This document shows positions 28,955 through 39,198 of a DNA stretch of 64,000 nt, one piece after another. The stretch comes from an uncultured Verrucomicrobiota bacterium (GTDB lineage Bacteria > Verrucomicrobiota > Verrucomicrobiia > Limisphaerales > DTLC01). The stretch is from NCBI GenBank assembly GCA_964555645.1, contig CAZKTA010000007.1, positions 66,991 to 130,990 on the forward strand, in the 5' to 3' direction. The position numbers were made by a program, and so were the translations under genes. Each line of letters starts with the position of its first letter. The first letter of the stretch is position 1. A model generated the notes under the pieces. That model searched no databases. It was not told the DNA's origin and saw nothing but the letters and a program-made list of their open reading frames with translations.

Positions 28955-29002
28955 AATTGCGATTTTTCGCCCCCCAGGTTTGGGAGCAGCAGATGCCATG
29001 TT

Positions 29003-29368
29003 TTAGCCGGTTTTCTCTGGCTCTTTGCCTTTCACCATTGTTGCGCCCTTGCCAAGCCGCTTGCGCAGGTAGGTCAACTTCGCACGGCGCACGGCGCCTT
29101 TGCGTTCGACCTCGATTTTTTCGATCAACGGCGAGTGAAGCGGAAACACACGCTCGACACCTTCGCCATAGCTGATCCGGCGCACTGTAAAGGTTTCGTT
29201 GATGCCGCGGCCGCGCCGGCCAATTACCACACCAGTGAAAACCTGAATTCGTTCCTTGTCGCCCTCGATTACACGCGTATGCACACGCACGGTGTCGCCC
29301 ACGGCGAAATCCGCGCGGTCTTTCTTAAGCTGGTCAGCTTCTATTTTGTCCAATAACGCTCGATTCAT
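29003..29368 (-). CDS. rplS: 50S ribosomal protein L19
   Basis: 121 aa. [47 protein letters not shown]. Confidence 0.95.
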   Translation of the reverse strand: MNRALLDKIEADQLKKDRADFAVGDTVRVHTRVIEGDKERIQVFTGVVIGRRGRGINETFTVRRISYGEGVERVFPLHSPLIEKIEVERKGAVRRAKLTYLRKRLGKGATMVKGKEPEKTG

Positions 29369-29426
29369 AAAACTTCACTTGTACTTGGGTACGTCAACGT
29401 CAGCTCGCTCAGTCTGTCAAGAGCCT

Positions 29427-30119
29427 TCAACAGTCTGAACTCTGAGCATGATCTCTGAGCAGGTCAGGCCGCCGCTGGATGGTGCGCAACTTGGCCTGCT
29501 CAGCGCGCCATCTTGCAATCTGCTCGTGGTTGCCCGACAGCAACACCTCAGGCACACGCATGCCACGAAACTCGGCTGGGCGCGTGTATTGCGGGTATTC
29601 GAGTAATCCGCGCACGAATGATTCGTCCTGTGCACTCTGTTCGTCTCCGAGCACGCCGGGCACGAGCCGCACCACCGCATCAATAATCACCATTGCAGGC
29701 AACGCACCGTTGGTAAGTATGTAGTCGCCGATCGATAATTCGTCATCTGCTAAGTGTTCGCGTACGCGTTCGTCAAATCCCTCATACGCACCGCAAATCA
29801 GTAACAAATGCTCACACTTGGCCAGCTCATGCGCAATTGCTTGGTTAAATGTCCGGCCAATGGGTGAAAGCAGTATCACCCGCGTGTTCTCCATGGCAAG
29901 ATGTTCGACAGCCTCAAAAATCGGTTCTGGCTTCAACAACATGCCCGGCCCACCACCAAATGGCCTGTCGTCAACTGTTTTGTGCTTGTCATGCGCGTAA
30001 TCGCGCAGGTTGTGTATATTAATCTCGACCAAACCCTCCCTGCGGGCGCGCTTGATAATACTTTCATCAAGCGGACCGGTGAACATCGAGGGAAACAATG
30101 TTACTACGTCAATTTTCAT
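29427..30119 (-). CDS. trmD: tRNA (guanine37-N1)-methyltransferase
   Basis: I place the start at [13 protein letters not shown] (30119). Motifs [33 protein letters not shown]. The tracked ORF extends to 30170. Confidence 0.9.
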   Translation of the reverse strand: MKIDVVTLFPSMFTGPLDESIIKRARREGLVEINIHNLRDYAHDKHKTVDDRPFGGGPGMLLKPEPIFEAVEHLAMENTRVILLSPIGRTFNQAIAHELAKCEHLLLICGAYEGFDERVREHLADDELSIGDYILTNGALPAMVIIDAVVRLVPGVLGDEQSAQDESFVRGLLEYPQYTRPAEFRGMRVPEVLLSGNHEQIARWRAEQAKLRTIQRRPDLLRDHAQSSDC

Positions 30120-30166
30120 CTTTCCTTCTCGTTCACCTGGCGCACGGCCCGCCGGCAGAACAAGGC

Positions 30167-30412
30167 TCACTCGCCGGATTTTTCACCGATCACTTCCACT
30201 ATACAACGCAAGCCGCGTTTTGCGCTGCCGGCAGTCACGAGCGACCGGATGGCATTGATCGTCTGGCCGTCCTTGCCGATTAATCGGCCCATGTCCTTTG
30301 GGTGCACGCGCAGTTCGTAAACTGTTGCGCCCCCGCGTTCGACCGGCGTAATTGTCACCGCATCCGGGTGCTCGACCAAGCCTTTAACTACATATTCCAA
30401 AAATGCCTGCAT
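30167..30412 (-). CDS. KH-domain RNA-binding protein (YlqC/UPF0109 family)
   Basis: 81 aa. [40 protein letters not shown]. Confidence 0.8.
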   Translation of the reverse strand: MQAFLEYVVKGLVEHPDAVTITPVERGGATVYELRVHPKDMGRLIGKDGQTINAIRSLVTAGSAKRGLRCIVEVIGEKSGE

Positions 30413-30432
30413 GCAATCGGTCGTTAAATGAT

Positions 30433-30684
30433 TCAGCTCGACTGTTGTTTGGTGGCCTTTTTGATCAGGCTGGCCACAGTCTCGGTCGGCTGCGCACCTT
30501 TGCCAAGCCAGTATTTGACCCGCTCAATATTAAGCTTGAACGTATCGGTCTTTTTCTTCGGGTCATAATACCCTACCTCCTCGATGAACCGACCGTCTCG
30601 TGGACTGCGGCTGTCCGCAACAACCACACGATAAGCCGGCGCATTTTTTGCACCTACACGTTTTAATCTAATTCTAACTGCCAT
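30433..30684 (-). CDS. rpsP: 30S ribosomal protein S16
   Basis: I place the start at [35 protein letters not shown] (30684). The tracked ORF extends to 30708. Confidence 0.95.
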   Translation of the reverse strand: MAVRIRLKRVGAKNAPAYRVVVADSRSPRDGRFIEEVGYYDPKKKTDTFKLNIERVKYWLGKGAQPTETVASLIKKATKQQSS

Positions 30685-32163
30685 AAATAAACAAAATCTC
30701 TTAGCCACGGGCGGCGGTTACTGCCTAACGGCCGCCGTCGAATCCCTGCAGAAACACGTAGAATAATCCATGGCCCGATTCTTGCAAGCCCCATTTTCCG
30801 AGCCCATGAGCCTTTTCTAACGCGGTTGAGCCGATGCAACCTCGCCAAAAACTTCCGAAAATTTCGGCTTAGAAACCGCAGGCGATGTGTAAACTGGTAA
30901 GCCTTAGGGTAAGCAGAATGAGGGGTTTTGCTTCCGTAAAACGAGATTCCGCGTTATGAAGGTTCGAGCGGGTTGCCTCGGAAAGGGTTGGATCACAATC
31001 TCGGCCGGGTGTGGCATCGGCTGTTCTTACACGCTGGTTCCAAGTGAAGGCTATTTCTTGCTGGAGCATTTGGAAGTTTCACGAGGTGTCCCCTTGTACA
31101 AATGACAGGTTTTGTTCTGCACAAAAAACAACCTTAGAATAAACCCGTATGGAGCTTGACTGATTCAAATCTGGTGACTCGATTTACGGAATTTTTAGCG
31201 CGCGGCACGGTTGTTTTTTTCCCGTCCGGTGTGCGGTCACGACAACAACGTGTATCAGCTTCATTGGGCTATGACGGGGGCGGTCTGAAGGCCAAACTGT
31301 TCTGTTCGTTGACGATTTTAATGGCCCAGATTTAAGCCCGGTCTGGCAGGCTGTACTGCCACCGGCGCCTTTGGGTGGGCGTACTTTCGCCGGGCATGTA
31401 CGTCGGGCGCTCCTAGTTATGCTTACCTCTGACAAAAGCAAGCTGGGAGTTTGGGATGTGCAGATGGTTGGGTATGGAGGTGCGCTATGGTTTAGGTGTG
31501 GTGTTTGTCTGGGTGCGGCCACGGGTCTTGATGTGGCTTTGGCGCAAGGCGTGTGCAAAGGGCTCAAGGCCGGTTTGGCGAAGGATTCGCTGCTGGGCGG
31601 GCTTGGTCGGTTGCATTGCCGGCAGGCCTTCGGCAGCATACATAGTGTCAAGTGCCGGCACTGTGCGGCTGCGGGCGCAACCGGCCAGACGGCTTGTGGC
31701 TTTGACACCCTTTGGGCAGCCGCTGCGCCGGCGCAGTCCGGTGGCTTTGATCCGGAGCCGGGCCAGCTTTGTCTGCGTGGGCAGCGGCAGCGCCGAATTG
31801 TTGTTGGTTGAGTGTTAATTGGTGCACTTGGTCCCGCGCACCCGGGGCCCAACAGCCAACCAGTTGCGCCCGGCCCTGGCAAGCACCACCGCTTTTGTCA
31901 TACCTGGTATGAATCGCATGGTAAACGGTCCGTCCTGCGGTTATCGAACCTGCTTGCGCGGTTGCAAAGATGTAGTTGGAGTACAAGCATGGATTTTTTC
32001 GCACCGATCTTCCGCTGCGAGGTCCGCTTCAATACCATCGCTCAGTCAAATGGCCTCAGCATGGATGGGTTTATGGAGATTTGGCTCTTGGAGGCTGTTA
32101 ACCCAGATCCGAGGGAGATGATATCCCCATTCGGCGGTTGCTACAGCACGTGTAAGAGTTTCT

Positions 32164-32463
32164 TTGCTGGCAGTTGACAGTAGCGATAAACCTGCTCTGT
32201 GCATTCGCCAGCACCAGGTCCGCACCAAGGTTGCATCATGTAACCGGGTTCTGGCTGAGCAAATGATCAGCAGTACAGAAGAGCCGATCAACACATTGAT
32301 CTGCGCGTGTGCTGAAGGAGCGCATCCAAGCCTCGGCAAGATCATCCGCAGACACGACGGCAAGGTGCAGCTTCACATCACTGCTCCAGCCGGCCGACGA
32401 TGGATTGTTGAGGTGTCGACGAACCTGGTTGACCGGGTCGAGCTTGGGCAGCCACTAAGCTGA
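32164..32463 (+). pseudogene. Possible 3' remnant of a decayed secreted-protein gene
   Basis: The ORF has only a TTG start. Its last ~35 aa (GKVQLHITAPAGRRWIVEVSTNLVDRVELGQ) resemble the C-terminal beta-sandwich tail common in large PVC secreted proteins. The upstream sequence has stops in all frames. Confidence 0.25.
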
Positions 32464-32518
32464 GCGATTGCGATCTCGTGTTGAAAGGGGCGCAGGCCGC
32501 CGGCGCGCCAGCGCGGTT

Positions 32519-33088
32519 CTATCGAGTTGTGGTGCGTAAAGAACCCGGGCTGCCAGCCGCGCATGATCCAGGCTTTCCGATTTTTGCGAGCAATCCAGTT
32601 GTGGATTTGCCGGGCACCAACGGCAGGATGACGATTTTGCCGCCTAGCCGCTCGACGAGCGTGCGCTCGGTTTGGTTCAGGCTCTCGATTGTATAATCGC
32701 CGCCTTTGACCCACACGTCAGGTTTGACAAGTTCGAGGAACTTCGTTGCGTCAACCTCGCGAAATATACAAACCGCATCCACGCAAGCCAATGCAGCCAA
32801 CACAAGCGCGCGGTCTTGTTCGGTATTAATTGGTCGGCCGGGACCTTTCAAGATGCGGACTGATTCATCGCTGTTCACCCCCACAAGGAGTGTGTCGCCG
32901 TATGTGCGTGCGGCCTCGAGATAGGTGACGTGGCCGACGTGCAAGATATCGAAACATCCGTTTGTGACGACCAGTTTTTTGCCCGCAGCGCGCAGTGTTT
33001 GGCACCATGCAGAAAGGTTTTCAAACGGAATTATTTTTTGACGAAAATTCACGCCCAAAGTTTGGCCTAGGCAATCTGGCACTGGCAA
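32519..33088 (-). CDS. D-glycero-beta-D-manno-heptose-1-phosphate adenylyltransferase-like cytidylyltransferase (RfaE domain II type)
   Basis: 189 aa. VVTNGCFDILHVGHVTYLEAAR, LLVGVNSDESV, the C-terminal KGGDY..E motif and STTGLL. Confidence 0.8.
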   Translation of the reverse strand: MPVPDCLGQTLGVNFRQKIIPFENLSAWCQTLRAAGKKLVVTNGCFDILHVGHVTYLEAARTYGDTLLVGVNSDESVRILKGPGRPINTEQDRALVLAALACVDAVCIFREVDATKFLELVKPDVWVKGGDYTIESLNQTERTLVERLGGKIVILPLVPGKSTTGLLAKIGKPGSCAAGSPGSLRTTTR

Positions 33089-33105
33089 ACCAATTTCAAG
33101 CCGGT

Positions 33106-33855
33106 CTATGACCGGTTTTTTAGGCCAACGGCGATGCTCATAATGCCACAGAGGATGTTGACTGTATGAACCTCAGTCAGGCCGAGTTGGCGCATTTTCG
33201 CCACAACACCTTGTTGAGCTGGATAATGCCTCAGTGATTCGATGATATGATCGTAGGCTGGTTTGTTGCCGGCTATTACGGCTCCTAGCGTGGGTACAAC
33301 TGTCATCAAGTAGGAAAAATACAGCGTGTGCAAGAGCCGATTCTGTGGTTTGCCAAAGTCCAACACAAGCACACGGCCACCGGCTTTAGCGACTCGGGTC
33401 ATTTCGACCAAACCAAGCTCCCAACTTGCCAGATTCCGCAATCCGTAGCTTATGGTCACAGCGTCAAATGTCTCGTCTGCAAATGGCAGCTGTTGCGCAT
33501 CGCCCAACACGAAAACGGGGTTGGCAGTGCCCGTGCAGACTTCTGAGTATAGGGTGTTTTTAGCGCATGCCCGGCGTTTAGCCAGCTCAAGCATTGGCGG
33601 GTTGAAATCGAGTCCGACCACATGCGCGCCGGCTGCAGCCAACTCCAACGCAACATCCCCCGTACCACAACACACGTCCAAGGCACGCTGGCCAGGGCCG
33701 ACCTGTGCAAGCTGTGCCAAACGACGTTTCCAGCGCCTGTGTAAACCGAAGCTTTGCACGTCGTTCATCAGGTCGTACCGCAGGGCAATGGCGGCGAAAA
33801 GTTCGCGCACCTTTTTGTTGTGCGATTTGTTTTGCAAGCAATAGTCGGTTGCCAT
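33106..33855 (-). CDS. ubiE: Demethylmenaquinone/ubiquinone C-methyltransferase
   Basis: 249 aa. [34 protein letters not shown], and a C-terminal ..GIMSIAVG-type ending. Confidence 0.85.
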   Translation of the reverse strand: MATDYCLQNKSHNKKVRELFAAIALRYDLMNDVQSFGLHRRWKRRLAQLAQVGPGQRALDVCCGTGDVALELAAAGAHVVGLDFNPPMLELAKRRACAKNTLYSEVCTGTANPVFVLGDAQQLPFADETFDAVTISYGLRNLASWELGLVEMTRVAKAGGRVLVLDFGKPQNRLLHTLYFSYLMTVVPTLGAVIAGNKPAYDHIIESLRHYPAQQGVVAKMRQLGLTEVHTVNILCGIMSIAVGLKNRS

Positions 33856-34001
33856 GCCCGGTTTTAGTGTACAAAAACAGTCGTGTTTGGGCGGTCAAAT
33901 TTTCTCAAAACTGTACGGTTAACCGAATCGGCAGACGCACTGCAGGGTGTCTTGCTTTGCACGAGATAACGCTCCTATATTGCGGGCGGGACCTTTTTAC
34001 G

Positions 34002-34994
34002 ATGACAACACAACCAATTCGTATTGCTGTTACCGGTGCCGCTGGCCAGGTTGGATACGCGCTGCTGTTCCGGATCGCAGCAGGCGAAATGTTCGGACCG
34101 GCCACACCGGTGATTTTGCACCTGATCGAGATCGACCCTGCACTGCCTGCACTCCAGGGTGTGGTAATGGAATTGGAAGACTGTGCATTTCCGTTGCTCA
34201 AGGGCATTATTGCAACAGCTGACCTCGCTGAAGGGTTCCGCAGTGTGAATTGGGCGTTACTTGTTGGCGCTGCACCGCGTAGGGCAGGGATGGAACGACA
34301 CGAGCTGCTTGGGGTCAATGGCAAGATTTTCATCGAGCAAGGCCGCGCAATCCAGACCAACGCAGCCGAGGATGTGCGTGTGTTAGTCGTAGGTAACCCG
34401 TGCAATACAAATTGTCTGATTTGCATGTCGCACGCGCCGGATGTACCGCGCAACAGGTTTTTCGCATTGACACGCCTTGATGAGAACCGTGCAAAAGCGC
34501 AGCTTGCAAAGAAGGCCGGGGTCCAAGTGGCCGCGGTGACGAACCTTGCAATTTGGGGAAACCACAGCTCGACGATGTACCCTGATTTCTTCAATGCGAA
34601 AATAAACGGCGAACCTGCCCCCGATGTTATTGGCGACGATCAGTGGCTTAGAGAAAAGTTTGTTGCTGCAGTACAACAACGCGGTGCAGCAATTATCAAA
34701 GCGCGCGGTGCATCGAGCGCTGCAAGTGCAGCAAGCGCAATAGTTGACACGGTCAGGTCGCTTGTCATGCCGACGCCCCCTGGCGATTGGCACAGTGTGG
34801 CTGTTTGCTCAGACGGTAGTTACGGAATTGAGCCCGGGCTGATCTGCAGTTTACCGGTGCGCAGCGACGGTCAATGCTGGGAGATTGTACAGGGGCTTGG
34901 CTTAAACGAGTTCAGCCGCGCAAAAATAGCCGCATCAGTCGAGGAACTTAAACTTGAGCGCGCGTTGGTTGCCGAACTGTTGCCATGCAAGTGA
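34002..34994 (+). CDS. mdh: Malate dehydrogenase (NAD-dependent, LDH-unlike MDH type)
   Basis: I place the start at [19 protein letters not shown] (34002). Motifs [33 protein letters not shown]. The tracked ORF start at 33705 overlaps ubiE and is rejected. Confidence 0.9.
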   Translation: MTTQPIRIAVTGAAGQVGYALLFRIAAGEMFGPATPVILHLIEIDPALPALQGVVMELEDCAFPLLKGIIATADLAEGFRSVNWALLVGAAPRRAGMERHELLGVNGKIFIEQGRAIQTNAAEDVRVLVVGNPCNTNCLICMSHAPDVPRNRFFALTRLDENRAKAQLAKKAGVQVAAVTNLAIWGNHSSTMYPDFFNAKINGEPAPDVIGDDQWLREKFVAAVQQRGAAIIKARGASSAASAASAIVDTVRSLVMPTPPGDWHSVAVCSDGSYGIEPGLICSLPVRSDGQCWEIVQGLGLNEFSRAKIAASVEELKLERALVAELLPCK

Positions 34995-35048
34995 GGGTTT
35001 CCGATCTGCGTTCGGGTTTCAGGTGGGCGTGTTTTATGGTCCCGTAAG

Positions 35049-35687
35049 ATGAAGCCACTTGAACAGTGCAAGCTTTACGCGTTTGTGGACACGGCTTATC
35101 TGCGGGGACGTGCACCCGAGCTGGTGGCACAGCAATTGTGTGATGGAGGCGCAGACATTATCCAGTTGCGTGCCAAGGGATTGTCTCTTGATGAGATTAA
35201 GCGCATGGCCGAAGCCATTTTGCCAGTCGTGCGCAGCGCAAACGTCGGGTTTGTGATCAATGACCATCTATTAGTGGCACGTGAAGTTGGTGCTGACTTT
35301 TGTCATCTCGGTCAGGAAGATTTTTTTGGTGCGGGTTACAAGCGCGTTTCCGAATTAAACATCGCTGAGTCCGGGTTACGGATCGGGCTTAGCACACACG
35401 CCCCGGCGCAAGCGTTGCATGCTGTTAATGCAGGCGCGCATTACATCGCAGTTGGTCCGGTTTTCAGTACGTCAACAAAACCGTCTGCTACACCTACAAC
35501 GCTTGATTACGTCCGATGGGCAGCTGCAAACATCACACTGCCTTGGTTTGCAATTGGAGGAATTACTCTTGCGAATCTAGATGCCGTGCTTGAAGCGGGC
35601 GCAAGGCGCGTCTGTGTAGTGTCAGCCATTCTGAACGCCGGTGACATAACCCGTGCATGCGCCGAATTCAGATGTCGGCTGTGCTGA
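35049..35687 (+). CDS. thiE: Thiamine-phosphate synthase
   Basis: 212 aa. LYAFVD, IIQLRAK, FVINDHLLVAREVGADFCHLGQED, GLSTH, YIAVGPVFST.TK, FAIGGI. Confidence 0.9.
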   Translation: MKPLEQCKLYAFVDTAYLRGRAPELVAQQLCDGGADIIQLRAKGLSLDEIKRMAEAILPVVRSANVGFVINDHLLVAREVGADFCHLGQEDFFGAGYKRVSELNIAESGLRIGLSTHAPAQALHAVNAGAHYIAVGPVFSTSTKPSATPTTLDYVRWAAANITLPWFAIGGITLANLDAVLEAGARRVCVVSAILNAGDITRACAEFRCRLC

Positions 35688-35841
35688 TGGCCACCGTTTT
35701 TATGCGTTACGCGCTCGGCGACACATTCAGCTGCACGCACAACCAAGACGTTTTATAGTCGTTTTGGCTTGTCTGGGTTGGTGCAGCAGTGCGAGTCTAT
35801 ATCGAATCAATCACCGTCATTGACCGCGTTTTTGAGCGAAC

Positions 35842-37983
35842 ATGCGCACGACGAAATCAAAGGTATCGAGCAGCGTGTTTTTGCGCAGCCTTGTGTTGGT
35901 TGGTGGTGTGTTGCCCCTTACTTTGACATGCAGCGGGTGCAAATCTGTGAACGGTGCCTGGGCAACATCACAAGCTGGCCCGTCGGCATTGGACATAAAC
36001 GCACCACCAGCACGCCTTGCTGCGAAGTTATCTGGGCCCAGCCAGGCCGAAATTAAACGTGCTCTTGAGGCGGTTTACCCAGCAATTGTCCGCATCGATG
36101 CTGTGATCGAGCAAGGTGAGCAAGGCCGAATGCAAAAGCAGCGTGTCACCGGCAGCGGGACAATCATTTCCGAAGACGGCTATGTCATTACGAACCATCA
36201 CGTAGCCGGCCGAGCGACGCGTATTGTTTGCAGGCTTGCTACAGGTGAGGAACTTGACGCAGTGCTGGTTGGCACAGACCCACTGACCGACATCGCGGTT
36301 CTCAAGCTCGACCTTTCGGCAAGGCGCGATCCGAAAGCTCGCCTGCCCTTTGCGCGGTTTGGTGACTCTGACAAGCTTAGGATTGGCGACACTGTCTTTG
36401 CGATGGGCAGCCCAGCGGGTGTGTCACAGTCTGTAACGAAAGGTATCATTTCAAACACGGCCATGATCGCACCAGCAGGCAGTGTTTTCATTTTGGACGG
36501 TGAACCTGTTGGATTGCTTGTGCGGTGGATAGGACATGACGCGCAGATTTATTCGGGCAACAGCGGCGGCCCGCTGGTGAATCTGGCTGGTGAAATTGTG
36601 GGTGTGAACGAGGTTGGCATTGGTAGTTTAGGGGGTGCAATCCCGAGCAATCTGGCCCGCGCGATTGCTGAAGAACTAATCGCAAATGGAACAGTGTCAC
36701 GAAGCTGGATCGGACTTGAAGTGCAACCGCTGTTGAAAGGCGCCCGGGATGCTAAAGGCGTGCTTGTGGCGAGCGTGTTGCCGGACAGCCCCGCCAAGGC
36801 AGCGGGTATCCAACCGGGCGATTTAATCATTGAGTTCAACGGTCAGCCTGTGCCCGACTGCCGACTATCCGAGGATATCCCGATGTTTAATCGCCTTGTG
36901 CTGAACACACCGGTTGGCGCAACTGTTACGCTCAAAGGCTTGCGCAACGGGCAAGTTGTCACATGGCAGCTCACAACAACAAATCGTGAGCCTGCACAGG
37001 CACGCGAAACAGAATTGAAACACTGGGGACTTGTAGTGCGCGACCTAACGCGCACATCGGCGCTTGAAAACAAACGGCCAACAAAACAGGGTGTACTGGT
37101 TGACTCAGTGCGTCCAGGCGGGCCTTGTGCAGAATCAAAACCGCCACTTCAAAGCGGCGACATCATCGTTAAAGTGGCTGATGCGCTCGTTACAAACGTG
37201 GCTGATCTGGTCGAGTTCACGCGCCGGTTCGTCGGCGACAGTACCGAGCGCAAACCCGTGCTAGTGACATTTGAACGCGGTGCACAACAACTCGTTACGG
37301 TGGCGCGTATTGGCCCAGAGCCACAGGAAGAAAAACCAGCCCGACCACAAAAGGCATGGCTAGGTGTGCAATCACAGGTATTAACACCAGAGCTTGCCGA
37401 AGCATTGGGGCTGGATGGAAAGAAAGGCGTGCGTGTAACACAAGTTTTACCCGATTCACCAGCTGCTCGTGCTGGGATCACGGTTGGCGACATTTTACTG
37501 AAGCTCGACGGGCAGGTTATACCTGCCAGTACACAGGCCGACCAGGAGTTGTTCGACAACATGATCCGGGCTTATAAAGTAGGCAGTGAAGCCGAGCTTG
37601 AAGGCGTCCGGAACGGCGAACCGATCAAGCTACTGGTCACGCTTGGTCAAAGCCCGAAAACCGCGCCTGAACTTGCCGAGTACAAAGACGACAGGTTTGA
37701 GTTCACCGCACGCGAACTTTCGCTGGCCGAGCGCGTCGAGGAAAAACTCGATGACACTTTTGCCGGTGTACGGGTTAGCGTGGTGCAACGCGCTGGTTGG
37801 GCTGCACTGGCCGGGTTAAGCTCGGGGGACATTATTACTGCCATAGACGGCAGACCGATCGATTCCATACCTACCCTCAGGGAAACACTGCAAACCCTTG
37901 CAAAGACAAAACCGCGCCGCACAGTGTTTTTCGTCAGGCGCGGTGTCGGGACGTTGTACATCGAAATCGAACCGCGATGGTGA
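35842..37983 (+). CDS. HtrA/DegP-family serine protease with multiple PDZ domains (lipoprotein-type signal)
   Basis: 713 aa. Signal ..LTLTCSGC. Catalytic His (GYVITNHHV), Asp (DIAVLKL) and Ser (GNSGGPLVN). At least three PDZ-like repeats (..GIQPGDLIIEFNG.., ..SGDIIVKVAD.., ..GITVGDILLKLDG.., ..SSGDIITAIDG..). Confidence 0.85.
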   Translation: MRTTKSKVSSSVFLRSLVLVGGVLPLTLTCSGCKSVNGAWATSQAGPSALDINAPPARLAAKLSGPSQAEIKRALEAVYPAIVRIDAVIEQGEQGRMQKQRVTGSGTIISEDGYVITNHHVAGRATRIVCRLATGEELDAVLVGTDPLTDIAVLKLDLSARRDPKARLPFARFGDSDKLRIGDTVFAMGSPAGVSQSVTKGIISNTAMIAPAGSVFILDGEPVGLLVRWIGHDAQIYSGNSGGPLVNLAGEIVGVNEVGIGSLGGAIPSNLARAIAEELIANGTVSRSWIGLEVQPLLKGARDAKGVLVASVLPDSPAKAAGIQPGDLIIEFNGQPVPDCRLSEDIPMFNRLVLNTPVGATVTLKGLRNGQVVTWQLTTTNREPAQARETELKHWGLVVRDLTRTSALENKRPTKQGVLVDSVRPGGPCAESKPPLQSGDIIVKVADALVTNVADLVEFTRRFVGDSTERKPVLVTFERGAQQLVTVARIGPEPQEEKPARPQKAWLGVQSQVLTPELAEALGLDGKKGVRVTQVLPDSPAARAGITVGDILLKLDGQVIPASTQADQELFDNMIRAYKVGSEAELEGVRNGEPIKLLVTLGQSPKTAPELAEYKDDRFEFTARELSLAERVEEKLDDTFAGVRVSVVQRAGWAALAGLSSGDIITAIDGRPIDSIPTLRETLQTLAKTKPRRTVFFVRRGVGTLYIEIEPRW

Positions 37984-38177
37984 CATGGCGCGGACCCACG
38001 AGGTGCAATCGCTAAGCCAAAATGTGCTTCTTGGGCATTTTAGCGCTCAGCAATCAAGGTTGATAAAATGCGTCCGCTAGCCTGATGCCTCTCCTTCAAC
38101 TCTGCTAAAGACCGATGTGTGGCGCGTTTGGCGGGTTGAAAACTCTAGGCCGGGTAAAGTAAACTGGGGCAGGGCAT

Positions 38178-38381
38178 ATGCAATGCAAAAAAGAACAAAA
38201 CCTGAAACGATGCAGCTGTTCGTATTCGCCCTGTAGTCGAAAGGGCATTTGTTGCGAATGCTTGCATTATCACCTTGCGCACAGACAATTGCCGGGTTGT
38301 TGTTTTCCCGAAGATGCAGAGGCGACCTACGACAGGTCGTTCGAGCATTTCGCGCGCTTAGTCGCGCAAAAACGGGTTTAG
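38178..38381 (+). CDS. Small Cys-rich protein (DUF6485-like recollection)
   Basis: 67 aa with 8 Cys in the first 42 residues (CKKEQNLKRCSCSYSPCSRKGICCECLHYH..LPGCCF). The family assignment is from memory only. Confidence 0.45.
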   Translation: MQCKKEQNLKRCSCSYSPCSRKGICCECLHYHLAHRQLPGCCFPEDAEATYDRSFEHFARLVAQKRV

Positions 38382-38547
38382 GACCTCACCGCTGGGTTTT
38401 CCTCAATCACTTGCGGAGTAGAAAAACCCGCATCAGCTGACTACCGAAACTGTTCGGGAGTAAACTCTCTTGGGCACTCGATTCTTTTGGTCTATGAGGT
38501 CGTGCTGTATTTGAAGCCACAAAAGCTTGAGGCCGCATTTGGCGGCT

Positions 38548-38715
38548 TTACCGTACGTTGCTGGCAATAAGCGCGCCAATCACAACACCCCAAATCGTGC
38601 TCAGGTACGGATTACTTGTCAATGGGCACGCACCTGTAGAGCAGCCCACCAACTTGTACCAGCCATAGCCCAATACACCGCCTACCACAGCGCCAATTAC
38701 AATTCTAAGTATCAT
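38548..38715 (-). CDS. Small membrane protein with central GCSTGACP motif (DUF6132-like recollection)
   Basis: This 55-aa ORF is below the track cut-off; I translated it by hand: MILRIVIGAVVGGVLGYGWYKLVGCSTGACPLTSNPYLSTIWGVVIGALIASNVR, ATG at 38715 and TAA at 38548-38550. Confidence 0.45.
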   Translation of the reverse strand: MILRIVIGAVVGGVLGYGWYKLVGCSTGACPLTSNPYLSTIWGVVIGALIASNVR

Positions 38716-39198
38716 TGTGTGACTCAGTTTTAGCTACACAACACAACTGACCCGCCAATGTCCAGAAGGTTACATCACAGTACATTCCGTAATTCAACAA
38801 CCCAAAGAGTTGAGCTTTTACGGTCGTAACGTCGCTGCCCAAACTTTCGCCAGGCCCGAAGACGTGAGCGATCGAGTTTTTAGACGCAGCCAATTAGTGG
38901 CCGGCCAATCGTAGTTCTAGTGAGGGTGGGTGGAACAAAAATTTTGTCTTCAGCCGTATCACGTCCGAGTCGGGTGTTATTTTTACCAATTGAAGCTCCC
39001 CGGTGTGGATTTACGTTGGCAACACGTCGCTACTTTGAGTCGCCGCGGCCACTGGTGCGGCTTTTGCCGATGCCCGATAGGTAAAAACAATTTTTCTGTT
39101 TTTTGTTCACATGGACCTCTGGTTTCTGCAAAATCTATCGCAACGTTCTGTGCCGGTGGACTATTAGACAGTGGACGGACCAAACCGTGACGAGAACA

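Noticed and set aside
31155-31185. T-loop-like string GATTCAAATCTGG, considered as a possible tRNA. I also scanned the window generally for GGTTCGAATCC-type T-arms on both strands.
   Set aside because: The flanking bases do not form a T-stem or an acceptor stem. I found no convincing tRNA anywhere in the window by eye, and a tRNAscan-SE run would be definitive.
31184-31882. 232-aa minus-strand ORF, with overlapping plus-strand ORFs at 31371-31811 and 31456-31818.
   Set aside because: The products are low-complexity Pro/Ala/Arg/Cys/Ser or Gly/Ala/Cys/Arg strings. Several frames are open at once, as expected for GC-rich non-coding or decayed DNA, and no family resemblance is visible.
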